Assembly: GCA_016872535.1 (NCBI GenBank)
Contig: VGZQ01000004.1
Span: forward strand, 2,626 to 66,625
Direction: 5' to 3'
From: Rhodospirillales bacterium
GTDB taxonomy: Bacteria; Pseudomonadota; Alphaproteobacteria; Rhodospirillales; 2-12-FULL-67-15
Length of the DNA: 64,000 nt
In this document: piece after piece, positions 14,911-23,513 of the stretch
Layout of the letters: every line of letters starts with the position of its first letter
How positions within the stretch are numbered: the stretch's first letter is position 1
Made by a program: the position numbers and the translations under genes
The notes under the pieces: model-generated
Databases searched by the model: none
Told to the model about the DNA's origin: nothing
Seen by the model: only the letters and a program-made list of their open reading frames with translations

Positions 14911-16731
14911 ATGACCAAATGGGTGCGATTCGCGCATAACGGCGAGATCGGATTCGGCGCCATCGACGGCGACGTCATCGCCGTGCACGCGGGCGACATG
15001 TTCGCCGGCGCGACGCCGACCGGCGCCAAGCTTCCGCGCGCGGCGGTCAGGCTGCTCACGCCCTGCGTGCCGGGCAAGATGGTCGCGCTCTGGAACAATT
15101 TCCACGCGCTGGCCGAAAAGCTGAAGGCGGCGAAACCCGACGAGCCGCTCTATTTCATCAAGGCGCCCAACAGCTATCTCGCCGCCGGCGAGCCGATCCG
15201 GCGGCCCAAGGGCTATGCCGGCAAGATCGTCTACGAAGGCGAACTCGGCATCGTCATCGGCAAGCGGTGCGCGGGCGCCGACGAGGCCGAGGCGGCCAAG
15301 GCCATCTTCGGCTACACCTGCGTCAACGACGTGACCGCCGCCGACATCCTCAACAAGAACCCGGCGTTCGCCCAATGGACGCGGGCGAAAAGTTTCGACA
15401 CCTTCGGCGTGTTCGGCCCAGCGATCGCGACCGGGCTCGATCCCTTGAAGCTCTCGGTGCGCACCGTGCTCAACGGCCGCGAAGTGCAGAATTATCCGGT
15501 CGCCGACATGATTCTGCCGCCGGCCAAGCTGGTCAGCCTGCTCTCGCGCGACATGACCCTGCTGCCGGGCGACGTGATCGCTTGCGGCACCTCGGTCGGC
15601 GTCGGCGCGATGAAGGAAGCCCGCAACGTGGTCGATGTCTCCATCGACGGCATCGGCACGCTCTCCAACCCGTTCGACCAGGAAGTGCCGAGCGCGTTCC
15701 TGGCCGGCGGCCCGCCCGCACCGATGCGCATCTGCGTCGTCGGCGCGGGCGCGATCGGCGGCCTGATGGCGGCCAAGCTCGCGCTCGCCGGCAATCCGGT
15801 GACGGTGGTCGACATGGGCCGCCACCTCGCCGCCATCCGCGACAAGGGCCTCAAGCTGGTCTGGGAAAACGGCAAGGAATTCGTCGCCAGGGTGCGCGCG
15901 GTCGAATCGCTCGCCGAGGCCGGGCCGCAGGATCTCGTCATCCTCGCGGTCAAGGCGCATTTCCTCGAACAGGCCGCGCGCGACATCGAATCCGTGCTCG
16001 GGCCGGAGACGATGGTGATGACCATCCAGAACGGGCTGCCGTGGTGGTACTTCCAGCGCCTGGGCGGCCCGCACGACGGCCACAAGCTCGAATCCCTCGA
16101 TCCCACCGGCGTGCTCGGGCGCAAGATCGATCCGAAGCGCCTCGTCGGCTGCGTCGTCTATCCCGCCGCCGCCGTGGTCGAGCCCGGTGTGATCCACCAC
16201 GTCGAGGGCGATCGCTTCCCGATCGGCGAGCTCGACGGCCAGGAAACCGGGCGGGCCAAGCGCCTGCACGACGTCCTGGTCGCGGCCGGACTCAAATCGC
16301 GCGTGCTGACCGACATCCGCTCCGAAATCTGGCTCAAGGCGTGGGGCAACCTGTCCTTCAACCCAATCAGCGCGCTGTCGCACGCGACGCTGGCCGACAT
16401 CTGCCGCTTTCCCGAAACCCGCGCCCTCGCGGCCGACATGATGCGCGAAGCGCAGGCCGTCGCCGAGAAACTCGGCGTCACCTTCCGCCATACGATCGAA
16501 AAGCGGATCGAGGGCGCGGAAGCCGTCGGCGCGCACAAGACCTCGATGCTCCAGGACGTGGAGGCGGGCCGCTCGCTGGAGACCGAGGCGCTGATCGGCT
16601 CGATCCTCGAAATGGCGAAAATCACCGGCACGCCCGCGCCCGCGATCCAGGCGGTCTACGCGCTGGTCAAGCTGCTCAACCGCACCATGCTGATGGAAAA
16701 CGCCGCGGTGCGGATGGAAAAGGTGGCGTAA
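14911..16731 (+). CDS. fusion protein: fumarylacetoacetate hydrolase (FAH) family domain + 2-dehydropantoate 2-reductase (PanE/ApbA) domain
   Basis: ATG 14911 with a GGGAGG RBS. The N-terminal ~270 aa carry FAH motifs (YEGELGIVIGKRC, CVNDVTAAD, RAKSFDTF). The C-terminal ~330 aa have a Rossmann RICVVGAGAIGG and KTSMLQDVEAGRSLETE, typical of ketopantoate reductases. Confidence 0.85.
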   Translation: MTKWVRFAHNGEIGFGAIDGDVIAVHAGDMFAGATPTGAKLPRAAVRLLTPCVPGKMVALWNNFHALAEKLKAAKPDEPLYFIKAPNSYLAAGEPIRRPKGYAGKIVYEGELGIVIGKRCAGADEAEAAKAIFGYTCVNDVTAADILNKNPAFAQWTRAKSFDTFGVFGPAIATGLDPLKLSVRTVLNGREVQNYPVADMILPPAKLVSLLSRDMTLLPGDVIACGTSVGVGAMKEARNVVDVSIDGIGTLSNPFDQEVPSAFLAGGPPAPMRICVVGAGAIGGLMAAKLALAGNPVTVVDMGRHLAAIRDKGLKLVWENGKEFVARVRAVESLAEAGPQDLVILAVKAHFLEQAARDIESVLGPETMVMTIQNGLPWWYFQRLGGPHDGHKLESLDPTGVLGRKIDPKRLVGCVVYPAAAVVEPGVIHHVEGDRFPIGELDGQETGRAKRLHDVLVAAGLKSRVLTDIRSEIWLKAWGNLSFNPISALSHATLADICRFPETRALAADMMREAQAVAEKLGVTFRHTIEKRIEGAEAVGAHKTSMLQDVEAGRSLETEALIGSILEMAKITGTPAPAIQAVYALVKLLNRTMLMENAAVRMEKVA

Positions 16732-16735
16732 CGCC

Positions 16736-17059
16736 TTAGCGGCGCGGTCTTTTGCGGCGGTTCCGATACTGCGCGAGCAGTTCGTCGCGGCGGCGGATCA
16801 TCTCCTCGACTGAGGCGAGTTGCGCGGCGGCCTCGCATTCGGCGCGAAAGCGCGAGGATTCCTCGAAGCGCGCGCCCGCCTTGGCGCATTCGCGCTGCAC
16901 GTGCCGCAATCCTTCGACGGCGTTTCGCAGATGCTCCGCCGCCCGGCTGCCCGCGGCGGCGATGCGGATAAGTCCTTCGACCGCCGTCTTGCGGTTTTGG
17001 CGCGCGCGCGCGAGCAGCAACCGTTCGTAACTCACCAAGTTGTCCTTGTCGCGGGTCAT
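16736..17059 (-). CDS. small helical hypothetical protein
   Basis: 107-aa ORF 6 nt downstream of the pseudouridine synthase gene, so probably co-transcribed. Charged, Arg-rich tail; no family recognised. Confidence 0.45.
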   Translation of the reverse strand: MTRDKDNLVSYERLLLARARQNRKTAVEGLIRIAAAGSRAAEHLRNAVEGLRHVQRECAKAGARFEESSRFRAECEAAAQLASVEEMIRRRDELLAQYRNRRKRPRR

Positions 17060-17065
17060 GAACGT

Positions 17066-17809
17066 TCATCCTCGGGACGGCGGCCGCGGTTGCCCGCCGC
17101 CGATGGTAACAGTTTCGACGATCGATTGCAGCCCGCCGGCCGTATTCCAACCGCGCGCGCGCATCGTTGCGCTCATGTGATCGGGCGGCGGAGCCACGAC
17201 GACGATCGGCTCGCGATTCGCATAGAGCGGCACCGCCACCGCGCGCGCGTGCAAATGCAGGGGCGGAACGATCCCCGTTTCGCGCCCGTAGAGCGCATCG
17301 CCGAGCACCGGGCAGCCGAGCGCCGCGCAGTGGACGCGGACCTGATGGGTGCGTCCGGTGCGCGGACGAAGCTCGAGCCAGGCGAGGCCGTCGGCCTCGG
17401 CGCGCACGCGCCAATCGGTGACGGCGGCGGCTCCGCCCGGATCGATTTCCATCCGCCAGCCCTTTCCGCGTTCGGTCCGCTTGCGTAACGGCGCCTCGAT
17501 TCGGCCCTCGTCGCGCGCGGGACGGCCGCGGGTCACGGCCCAATAGACTTTTTCGATCCTTCCGCTCGCGAACAGACGCCCGAGTTTGCGCAGCGCCTTG
17601 CGATGCCGCCCGAGCACCAGGCAGCCCGAGGTGTCGCGGTCGAGCCGATGCGCGAGCGCGGGATCGCGCGCCTGGCCGAAGCGGAGCGCCCCGAACTCGT
17701 CCTCCAGGCTCGGCGCGCCGCCGGGCCCGGCGTGCACCGGAATCCCGGCCGGTTTGTCGAGCACCAGCATCAGCGGGTCCCGGTAGAGCACGCGGCTGCG
17801 AATATCCAT
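17066..17809 (-). CDS. RluA family pseudouridine synthase
   Basis: 247 aa with catalytic HRLDRDTSG and downstream GRTHQVRVH motifs. Confidence 0.85.
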   Translation of the reverse strand: MDIRSRVLYRDPLMLVLDKPAGIPVHAGPGGAPSLEDEFGALRFGQARDPALAHRLDRDTSGCLVLGRHRKALRKLGRLFASGRIEKVYWAVTRGRPARDEGRIEAPLRKRTERGKGWRMEIDPGGAAAVTDWRVRAEADGLAWLELRPRTGRTHQVRVHCAALGCPVLGDALYGRETGIVPPLHLHARAVAVPLYANREPIVVVAPPPDHMSATMRARGWNTAGGLQSIVETVTIGGGQPRPPSRG

Positions 17810-17898
17810 GAAATCGACTTCCGGCGCGAGGCGGGGATGGGCGAATCTTAGCCGACGTTATATACAGTATGCCGCGCCCCGTCAGGAGATCGCGCCGC

Positions 17899-18309
17899 AT
17901 GTCCGTCATCTACGTCGCCCGCAGCAAGGGACTTTGCGAATGGGCCGGGGACGTGGGCCTGACCAAGCACGTGTTCAAGGTCGGCGTCACCGAAAACGCC
18001 AAGGCCGCGATCAAGGCGCTCAACGATTCGCGCGCCGCCGGCCAGGACGACTGGACGCTGGTGCGCGACGCGGACGCGGGCGGTGTGACCGAGACCGAAG
18101 CGCTCGCCCGCCTGGCCGCCAAGGAAAAGGCGGTCGATCCGGTTCTCTATCCCCGCCTCAAGGGCGAGGGCGGCGTGTTCAAGGTCAAGCCCGCCAACGT
18201 CGAGAACCACGTCCTCGTCAAGCGCGCGCTCGCCAACGAGGAAAATCTCGCGGTCAAGATCGGCAATGCCGAGATCGCCGCCTACCTGATCGAAAACGCG
18301 CGGCGCTAG
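17899..18309 (+). CDS. hypothetical protein, possibly GIY-YIG/T5orf172-like
   Basis: 136 aa from ATG 17899 (AGGAG 10 nt upstream). The opening VIYVARS...HVFKVGVTEN...ALN resembles GIY-YIG-like (T5orf172) folds. The assignment is weak. Confidence 0.5.
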   Translation: MSVIYVARSKGLCEWAGDVGLTKHVFKVGVTENAKAAIKALNDSRAAGQDDWTLVRDADAGGVTETEALARLAAKEKAVDPVLYPRLKGEGGVFKVKPANVENHVLVKRALANEENLAVKIGNAEIAAYLIENARR

Positions 18310-18331
18310 GTCTACCCGTTCAGGCCCTCCC

Positions 18332-19300
18332 ATGAAAGCACGCGACGACAAGCACCGGCGGTTCGGGCCCAAGCGATCGAATACCGGGCGGCCCGACTTC
18401 AAAAAACCGGGTATCGACCGATCGGGTTTCAAACGCTCGGGCTTCAAGCGATCCGATGCGCGGCGCGCGCCCGATAGGGACGACTTCGCCCATCGGCGCG
18501 ATCTCGCGCGTGTCGCCGGCATGAACGCGGTCAGGGCGCTGTTTGCGCACGCGCCCGAGCGCGTCGAGCGGCTGTTCTTCGCGCGCGGGGCGAAGGAGTC
18601 CGCGACCGGCTACTGCCGCGTGCTGGCCAAGGCGCGCAAGATTTTCCGCGAGGTGCCGGACGAAGACTTGGCCCGCATCGCCGGCACGCCGATGCACGGC
18701 GGCATCGTCGCCGTCGCCCGGCCGAAGCCGATTCCTCCGTTCGACCCGGAGGAAGCCGCGCGGCGCGCGGACGCGGTGCCGCTGCTGCCGATCCTGCACG
18801 GGATCGGCAACCCGCACAATCTCGGCGCCATCGCGCGCACGGCGGCGTTCTTCGGCCTTCCGCGTCTGGTGTTGACCGACCATCCGGCGCAAGCCGGGCT
18901 CTCGGACGCCGCGCTTCGGGTCGCCGAGGGCGGGTTCGAGGCGCTCGACGTTTTCCGCGCGACCGATCTCGCCGCCGCGCTTGCGCGCCTCAAGGCCGGC
19001 TACCGGGTACTCGGCGCCGCCCCCGGGCGCGCGGGCGAATCCCCGCGCGCGCCAAATATTGCGCCCCTACCGGGGCGCGGAGTGTCGCCGGAGCGGATTG
19101 CCCGCGACCGGCCGATCGCGCTTCTCCTCGGCAACGAGGAAACCGGGCTCGACGCCGCGACGCTGGCGCTGTGCGACGAGGCGGTGACGATCCCGGGCGT
19201 GAATTCGATTGAAGGCAGGGGCGGCGTGCAATCCCTCAACGTTTCGGTCGCGGCCGGCATTCTCCTGTTCGCCTTCACCCCAACGGCAAAGTCACGCTGA
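18332..19300 (+). CDS. SpoU/TrmH family RNA 2'-O-methyltransferase (RlmB-like) with basic N-terminal extension
   Basis: Motifs GIGNPHNLGAIARTAAFFG, LLLGNEETGL and SLNVSVAAGILLF, preceded by a Lys/Arg-rich ~60-aa N-terminus. Confidence 0.8.
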   Translation: MKARDDKHRRFGPKRSNTGRPDFKKPGIDRSGFKRSGFKRSDARRAPDRDDFAHRRDLARVAGMNAVRALFAHAPERVERLFFARGAKESATGYCRVLAKARKIFREVPDEDLARIAGTPMHGGIVAVARPKPIPPFDPEEAARRADAVPLLPILHGIGNPHNLGAIARTAAFFGLPRLVLTDHPAQAGLSDAALRVAEGGFEALDVFRATDLAAALARLKAGYRVLGAAPGRAGESPRAPNIAPLPGRGVSPERIARDRPIALLLGNEETGLDAATLALCDEAVTIPGVNSIEGRGGVQSLNVSVAAGILLFAFTPTAKSR

Positions 19301-20780
19301 CGCGCAAGCCCCCCTCGGGCCGGTTGGCGAGCGCGATCGCGCCACCGTGGGCGAGAATCGCCGAGCGCGCGGTCGCGAGCCCGAGGCCGACCCCGCCGGT
19401 TTCGCGCGAGCGCGAGCCTTCGAGGCGATAGAACGGCCGGAACACGTTGTCCTGCTCCGCTTCGGGAATGCCGGGACCGTCGTCGTCGACGACAACCTCG
19501 GCCGCGCCCGAGCCCGCCCGGAGCGCAACCCGCGCCGCGCCGCCGTAGCGCCAGGCGTTTTCGAGCAGATTGGCGAACGCGCGCTTCAAGGCAAGCTCGT
19601 CGCCGGTCACGGTCAGCGAGGAAGGACCCGCATAGGCCGACTCTAAGCCGCCCGCATCGCCATCGGCCACCAGCCCGCGGAGCAAGCCCGCGAGATCGAC
19701 CGGCGCCCGCATTTTCGTTTGCGCGTCGTCGCGCGCGAACGCCAGCGTCGCCGACACCATCCGCTCCATCTCGTCCAGGTCGGCGAGCATCTTGGTCCGC
19801 GCCGGCCCTTCCTCCATCAGTTCGGCGCGCAAGCGCAGCCGCGTGATCGGCGTGCGCAAATCGTGGCTGATGGCGGCGACCATGCGCGTGCGGTCCTCGA
19901 CGAAGCGGCGGATGCGCTCGCGCATGCCGTTGAAGGCGCGCGCCGCGTCGCGCACCTCGCTCGGGCCGCTTTCGGGCAGCGGCGGCGCGCTCGCGTCCGC
20001 GCCTAAGTCGCGCGCGGCCGCGGCGAACGTCTTGAGCGGCCCGGTCGCGCGCCGAACCGCCCACACCGACAGCAGAAGCGCGAGCGCCGCCAGCACCAGG
20101 AACGAGAATCCGAAGCGCGGCGCCCAGAGCGATTCGCCCGCCTCCAACGGTACCGTCAGGTTGAGCCAGCGCCCATCCGGAAACCTGGCGTCGGAAAAAC
20201 CGACCGACGCCCATACGGCGACTCGGTCGGGCGCGCCGTGCATCGCCTCGTGCATGCGAAAGCCGAACCAGCCGCCGCCGCGCGGAGCGCCCATGCGGCC
20301 CGGCCCAAAACCCTCGCCCGGCGCGAAATCGGGCGCGACCGCGCCCGGTCGTTGATCCGGACGGCCCGGGCCGCCGGGCGCGAACGGTCGTTCCGTACCC
20401 GCGCCGCCGGTGACGGCGACGCGCACGGTCGCTTCCGGCCCGAGCGCGCGCGCGAGCCGCTCGCGCACGATGCGGGCGAGCCGCGTGTCGCTTTCGACCG
20501 CGACCAGGGGTCTCGCCGACCACGCCAGGCGCAGCTCGGGCCCGCCCAGCAGACGGGCGGCGCGCAGCTCGTCGCGGCTGGTCGCGATGCGCGCGGCTTC
20601 CGCCACCGCCGCCAAGCGATCGGCGGTGGCGCTTCCGCCGAGCGCGAGCAGCGTCTCCAGCCGATTGCCGCTGTAGAGCGAGAGCGCGACCGCGTGCGAC
20701 AAGGTGAGCCCGACCACCAGGGCCAGCACGGTGCGCCCCACGATGCTGCCGGGAAGAAAGCGGGCGAAAAAGTTTCTCAT
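19275..20780 (-). CDS. EnvZ-like sensor histidine kinase
   Basis: ATG 20780 with a GGAGAA RBS. N-terminal TM, large periplasmic region, second TM/HAMP, H-box SHDLRTPITRL and an HATPase (GxGLGL) domain. Sits downstream of its OmpR-type partner. Confidence 0.85.
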   Translation of the reverse strand: MRNFFARFLPGSIVGRTVLALVVGLTLSHAVALSLYSGNRLETLLALGGSATADRLAAVAEAARIATSRDELRAARLLGGPELRLAWSARPLVAVESDTRLARIVRERLARALGPEATVRVAVTGGAGTERPFAPGGPGRPDQRPGAVAPDFAPGEGFGPGRMGAPRGGGWFGFRMHEAMHGAPDRVAVWASVGFSDARFPDGRWLNLTVPLEAGESLWAPRFGFSFLVLAALALLLSVWAVRRATGPLKTFAAAARDLGADASAPPLPESGPSEVRDAARAFNGMRERIRRFVEDRTRMVAAISHDLRTPITRLRLRAELMEEGPARTKMLADLDEMERMVSATLAFARDDAQTKMRAPVDLAGLLRGLVADGDAGGLESAYAGPSSLTVTGDELALKRAFANLLENAWRYGGAARVALRAGSGAAEVVVDDDGPGIPEAEQDNVFRPFYRLEGSRSRETGGVGLGLATARSAILAHGGAIALANRPEGGLRVSVTLPLG

Positions 20781-20831
20781 ATTGTCTTCTCCAGGCCTCC
20801 GCGCGGCCGCGCGTTTCGCTCGCAATCCCGC

Positions 20832-21560
20832 CTACCGCTCGACCGTTGCGGCGAACACGTAGCCGCCGCCGCGCACCGTCTTGATCAGGGCGGGCTCATC
20901 CGGGTTCCGCTCGATCTTGTGGCGCAGCCGGCTGATCTGGATGTCGACGCCGCGATCGAACGGCCCGGCCGCGCGGCCGCGGGTGAGATCGAGAATCTGG
21001 TCGCGGCTGAGCACACGCCCGGCGCGCTCGACCAACGCCAGCAGCAGGTCGTATTCGCCCGCGGTCAGGGTTATCTCGTTGCCGTCCGCGCCGACCAAGC
21101 GACGAGCGGCCGGATCGAGCGCGAACCCGGCGAACCGGTAGGCGGGTCCCTTGGCGTTGGGCGCGGGCCCTTCGCCCGCCCGGCGCAGAATGGCGCGCAC
21201 GCGCGCGAGCAATTCGCGCGGGTTGAAAGGCTTGGGCAAATAGTCGTCGGCGCCGACCTCGAGGCCGACGATGCGGTCGACCTCTTCGCCCTTGGCGGTC
21301 AGCATCAGCACCGGCACCTCGGAATCGGCGCGCAGCTTGCGGCAGAGCGTCAGCCCGTCGTCGCCAGGCAGCATGAGGTCGAGAATAATCAGGTCGATCC
21401 GCCATTGGGCCAGCGCGGCGAACATTTCGACGCCGTCGCGCGCGCCGGTGACGCGAAAGCCGTTCTTGGCGAGAAAGCGCGCGAGCAGATCGCGGATTTC
21501 CCGGTCGTCGTCCACCACGAGCAGGTGAGGCGTTGCGTTCGGCGGCGAAACGGTTTCCAT
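20832..21560 (-). CDS. OmpR family response regulator
   Basis: 242 aa with receiver motifs (LLVVDDD...DLIILDLMLPG...LTAK) and a winged-helix C-terminus (RGGGYVF). Confidence 0.9.
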   Translation of the reverse strand: METVSPPNATPHLLVVDDDREIRDLLARFLAKNGFRVTGARDGVEMFAALAQWRIDLIILDLMLPGDDGLTLCRKLRADSEVPVLMLTAKGEEVDRIVGLEVGADDYLPKPFNPRELLARVRAILRRAGEGPAPNAKGPAYRFAGFALDPAARRLVGADGNEITLTAGEYDLLLALVERAGRVLSRDQILDLTRGRAAGPFDRGVDIQISRLRHKIERNPDEPALIKTVRGGGYVFAATVER

Positions 21561-21615
21561 GGCCGAAAGTCTAGCCCCGGCGGAAACCGCCCGCCAGCCG
21601 CGCACGACGGCCACT

Positions 21616-21660
21616 GCAACGAAGCGCAACGAAGGCCGGCCTCGTTACGTTTCGTTACGC
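21616..21660. promoter_or_regulatory. phased repeat / imperfect 45-bp palindrome in divergent promoter region
   Basis: GCAACGAAG occurs twice at a 10-bp phase (21616, 21626). GTTACG occurs twice at a 10-bp phase (21644, 21654), on opposite arms around GGCCGGCC. The arrangement resembles tandem OmpR/PhoB-family half-sites. Confidence 0.35.
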
Positions 21661-21758
21661 CCGGCCTTCCGGCCGACATCGGCCCGTTACACCGACCGGT
21701 TCTAATACCGCCATCGGGACCGGGAATGTTCCCGGGCCCACCGGAATAGGAGGACACC

Positions 21759-22220
21759 ATGACACGCTTCACCAAAATCGCCACACTGGCGCTTGTCGCC
21801 ACCGCGCTTGCCACCGGCATCGCCGCCGCGCAGCCTTATGGCGGCGGACGGGGCCCTGGAATGGGCATGGGCGGCCCCGGCATGGGCATGGGGATGGGTC
21901 CCCGCGCCGATTGCCCGTTCGCCGGCGAACAGGCGGCGGTCGATCGCGCGCTGACCGTCGAGAAGGTCAAGTCGATCCTCGAAGGCCGGCTCGCCTGGCA
22001 CAGCAATGATCGGCTGAAAGTCGGCAAGGTGGCCGATAAGGACGACAAGACCATCACCGCCGAGATCGTGACCGTCGACGGCTCGCTGGTTCAGACCCTC
22101 ACGATCGACAAGGCCACCGGCCAAGGCTTGCACGGCCGGGGCGGCTTCGGACCGGGTCGGGGCGCCGGCCTCGGCTATCGCTGGCAAACCCCGCAGGCGC
22201 CGCAGCCGAAGGTCCAGTAA
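21759..22220 (+). CDS. secreted Met/Gly-rich protein with PepSY-like domain
   Basis: Signal peptide (IATLALVATALATGIAAA), then a GPGMGMGGPGMGMGMGP low-complexity tract. The central segment ITAEIVTVDGSLVQTLTIDKATGQ is PepSY-like. Divergent from the two-component operon. Confidence 0.6.
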   Translation: MTRFTKIATLALVATALATGIAAAQPYGGGRGPGMGMGGPGMGMGMGPRADCPFAGEQAAVDRALTVEKVKSILEGRLAWHSNDRLKVGKVADKDDKTITAEIVTVDGSLVQTLTIDKATGQGLHGRGGFGPGRGAGLGYRWQTPQAPQPKVQ

Positions 22221-22247
22221 GCGGATCCTCGCGATCGGAGGGAAGAC

Positions 22248-22277
22248 GGGGCGTCCGGAAAAAGGGCGCCCCTTTTC
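22248..22277. terminator. bidirectional terminator between convergent genes
   Basis: GGGGCG...CGCCCC hairpin embedded in the near-palindrome GGAAAAAGGGCGCCCCTTTTCC, with A/T runs on both sides. Confidence 0.55.
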
Positions 22278-22280
22278 CGT

Positions 22281-23312
22281 TCAGCCGCCGTCGAACGCGT
22301 GGGCGGGTTCCCAGAAATAGTCCCGCCACGAGGAAGCCCGGGTTTTGATCGCGCCGAGGCGTTCGAGAAAGGCCGCGATCGGCAGCGTGTTGCGCGGCAC
22401 GGGGCCAAACATCGACTCGCCCATGGCGGCGAACATGGCCTCGATTTCCGAAATGTCACGTTTCGATTTCGTCTGCTCGCGGAAGAATCGCGCGGCGCGC
22501 GGGGAGTCACCTTCGATCCACCCTTGCGCTTCGATCATCGCGTCCGCGACCGCGCGGAAAAGTTTCGGGTTGCGCTCCTTCCACGCGCGCGCCGCCATCA
22601 GAACGGCGCTCGTGTGCGGCCCGCCGACGATGTCCGGGGAACGGACGACGACGCGGCCGGGTCCGGCGGAAACTTCCCAAAACGAATGAGGCAGAGAGGC
22701 GACGTGGGTGCGGATCTGGCGGCCGCCGGCCGCGATCGCCGCTTCCGCCCCGGCCGGCGTCAACGCCGTCAGCAATGGATCGAGCCGACGCGCCCCGCCG
22801 GGGCCGAACGTCCGCTCCGCTCCCATCCGCACCAGCACGGCCGGAAGGGAGACGAGCACATCCGGCACCGCGATGCGGTGGTCGGCGAGGCCGTCGTAAT
22901 CCTTGAACCCGCCGACGCGGGGATCGACGGTCACGAACGCGAGCGGCACGGCGGCGAGCGCGAGCATGGCGCGCGCCTCGAACGGCGTTCCCCGGGTGCG
23001 GTCCCAGAGCGCCAGCATGGCGACCAAGTCGGCGCCGCCGACGTCGGCGTGCCCGGAGAAGATCGCCTGGTTGACGGCGATGCCCGAGTCGAAGCGGCGG
23101 ACGACGACCTTGACGTCGCCGAGACCCGCGTTCTTGGCGTGTCGTTCGATCATCCGGCCGACCACGGCGGCCCGGATTGGCAGGAAGTCGAAGCCGGCGG
23201 GCTCGGCGATGCGGACGGACGCGGCCTCGGCCATTGCCGGCCGAGGGGCGATGGCGAGTACCGTAAGCGCGGCGGCGAGCGCGACGCGGGGCCAAGCGGC
23301 GATCAGCGACAT
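22281..23312 (-). CDS. periplasmic substrate-binding protein (NMT1/THI5-like, NitT/TauT-type)
   Basis: 343 aa from ATG 23312 with a signal peptide ending PAMAEA. The overall pattern fits ABC-type SBPs, but no permease or ATPase gene is adjacent. Confidence 0.7.
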   Translation of the reverse strand: MSLIAAWPRVALAAALTVLAIAPRPAMAEAASVRIAEPAGFDFLPIRAAVVGRMIERHAKNAGLGDVKVVVRRFDSGIAVNQAIFSGHADVGGADLVAMLALWDRTRGTPFEARAMLALAAVPLAFVTVDPRVGGFKDYDGLADHRIAVPDVLVSLPAVLVRMGAERTFGPGGARRLDPLLTALTPAGAEAAIAAGGRQIRTHVASLPHSFWEVSAGPGRVVVRSPDIVGGPHTSAVLMAARAWKERNPKLFRAVADAMIEAQGWIEGDSPRAARFFREQTKSKRDISEIEAMFAAMGESMFGPVPRNTLPIAAFLERLGAIKTRASSWRDYFWEPAHAFDGG

Positions 23313-23513
23313 GGACGTTTCGGAAAAGGCATTTCGGGCCGGCAGGCCGCGTACCTTAATGGCCGCGCGCGTCCCTCGCAACCTGAGCCCCACAACCCGG
23401 GCCGCGCACCCCGGTCCGCCTCGACAAACGGGTCGAAATTAACCCCGCGTTCGTCTTATATTAAGACCCGCCGGCTATCGTGACGGTTTGGCCGACGCTT
23501 AGGAGATCATCGC

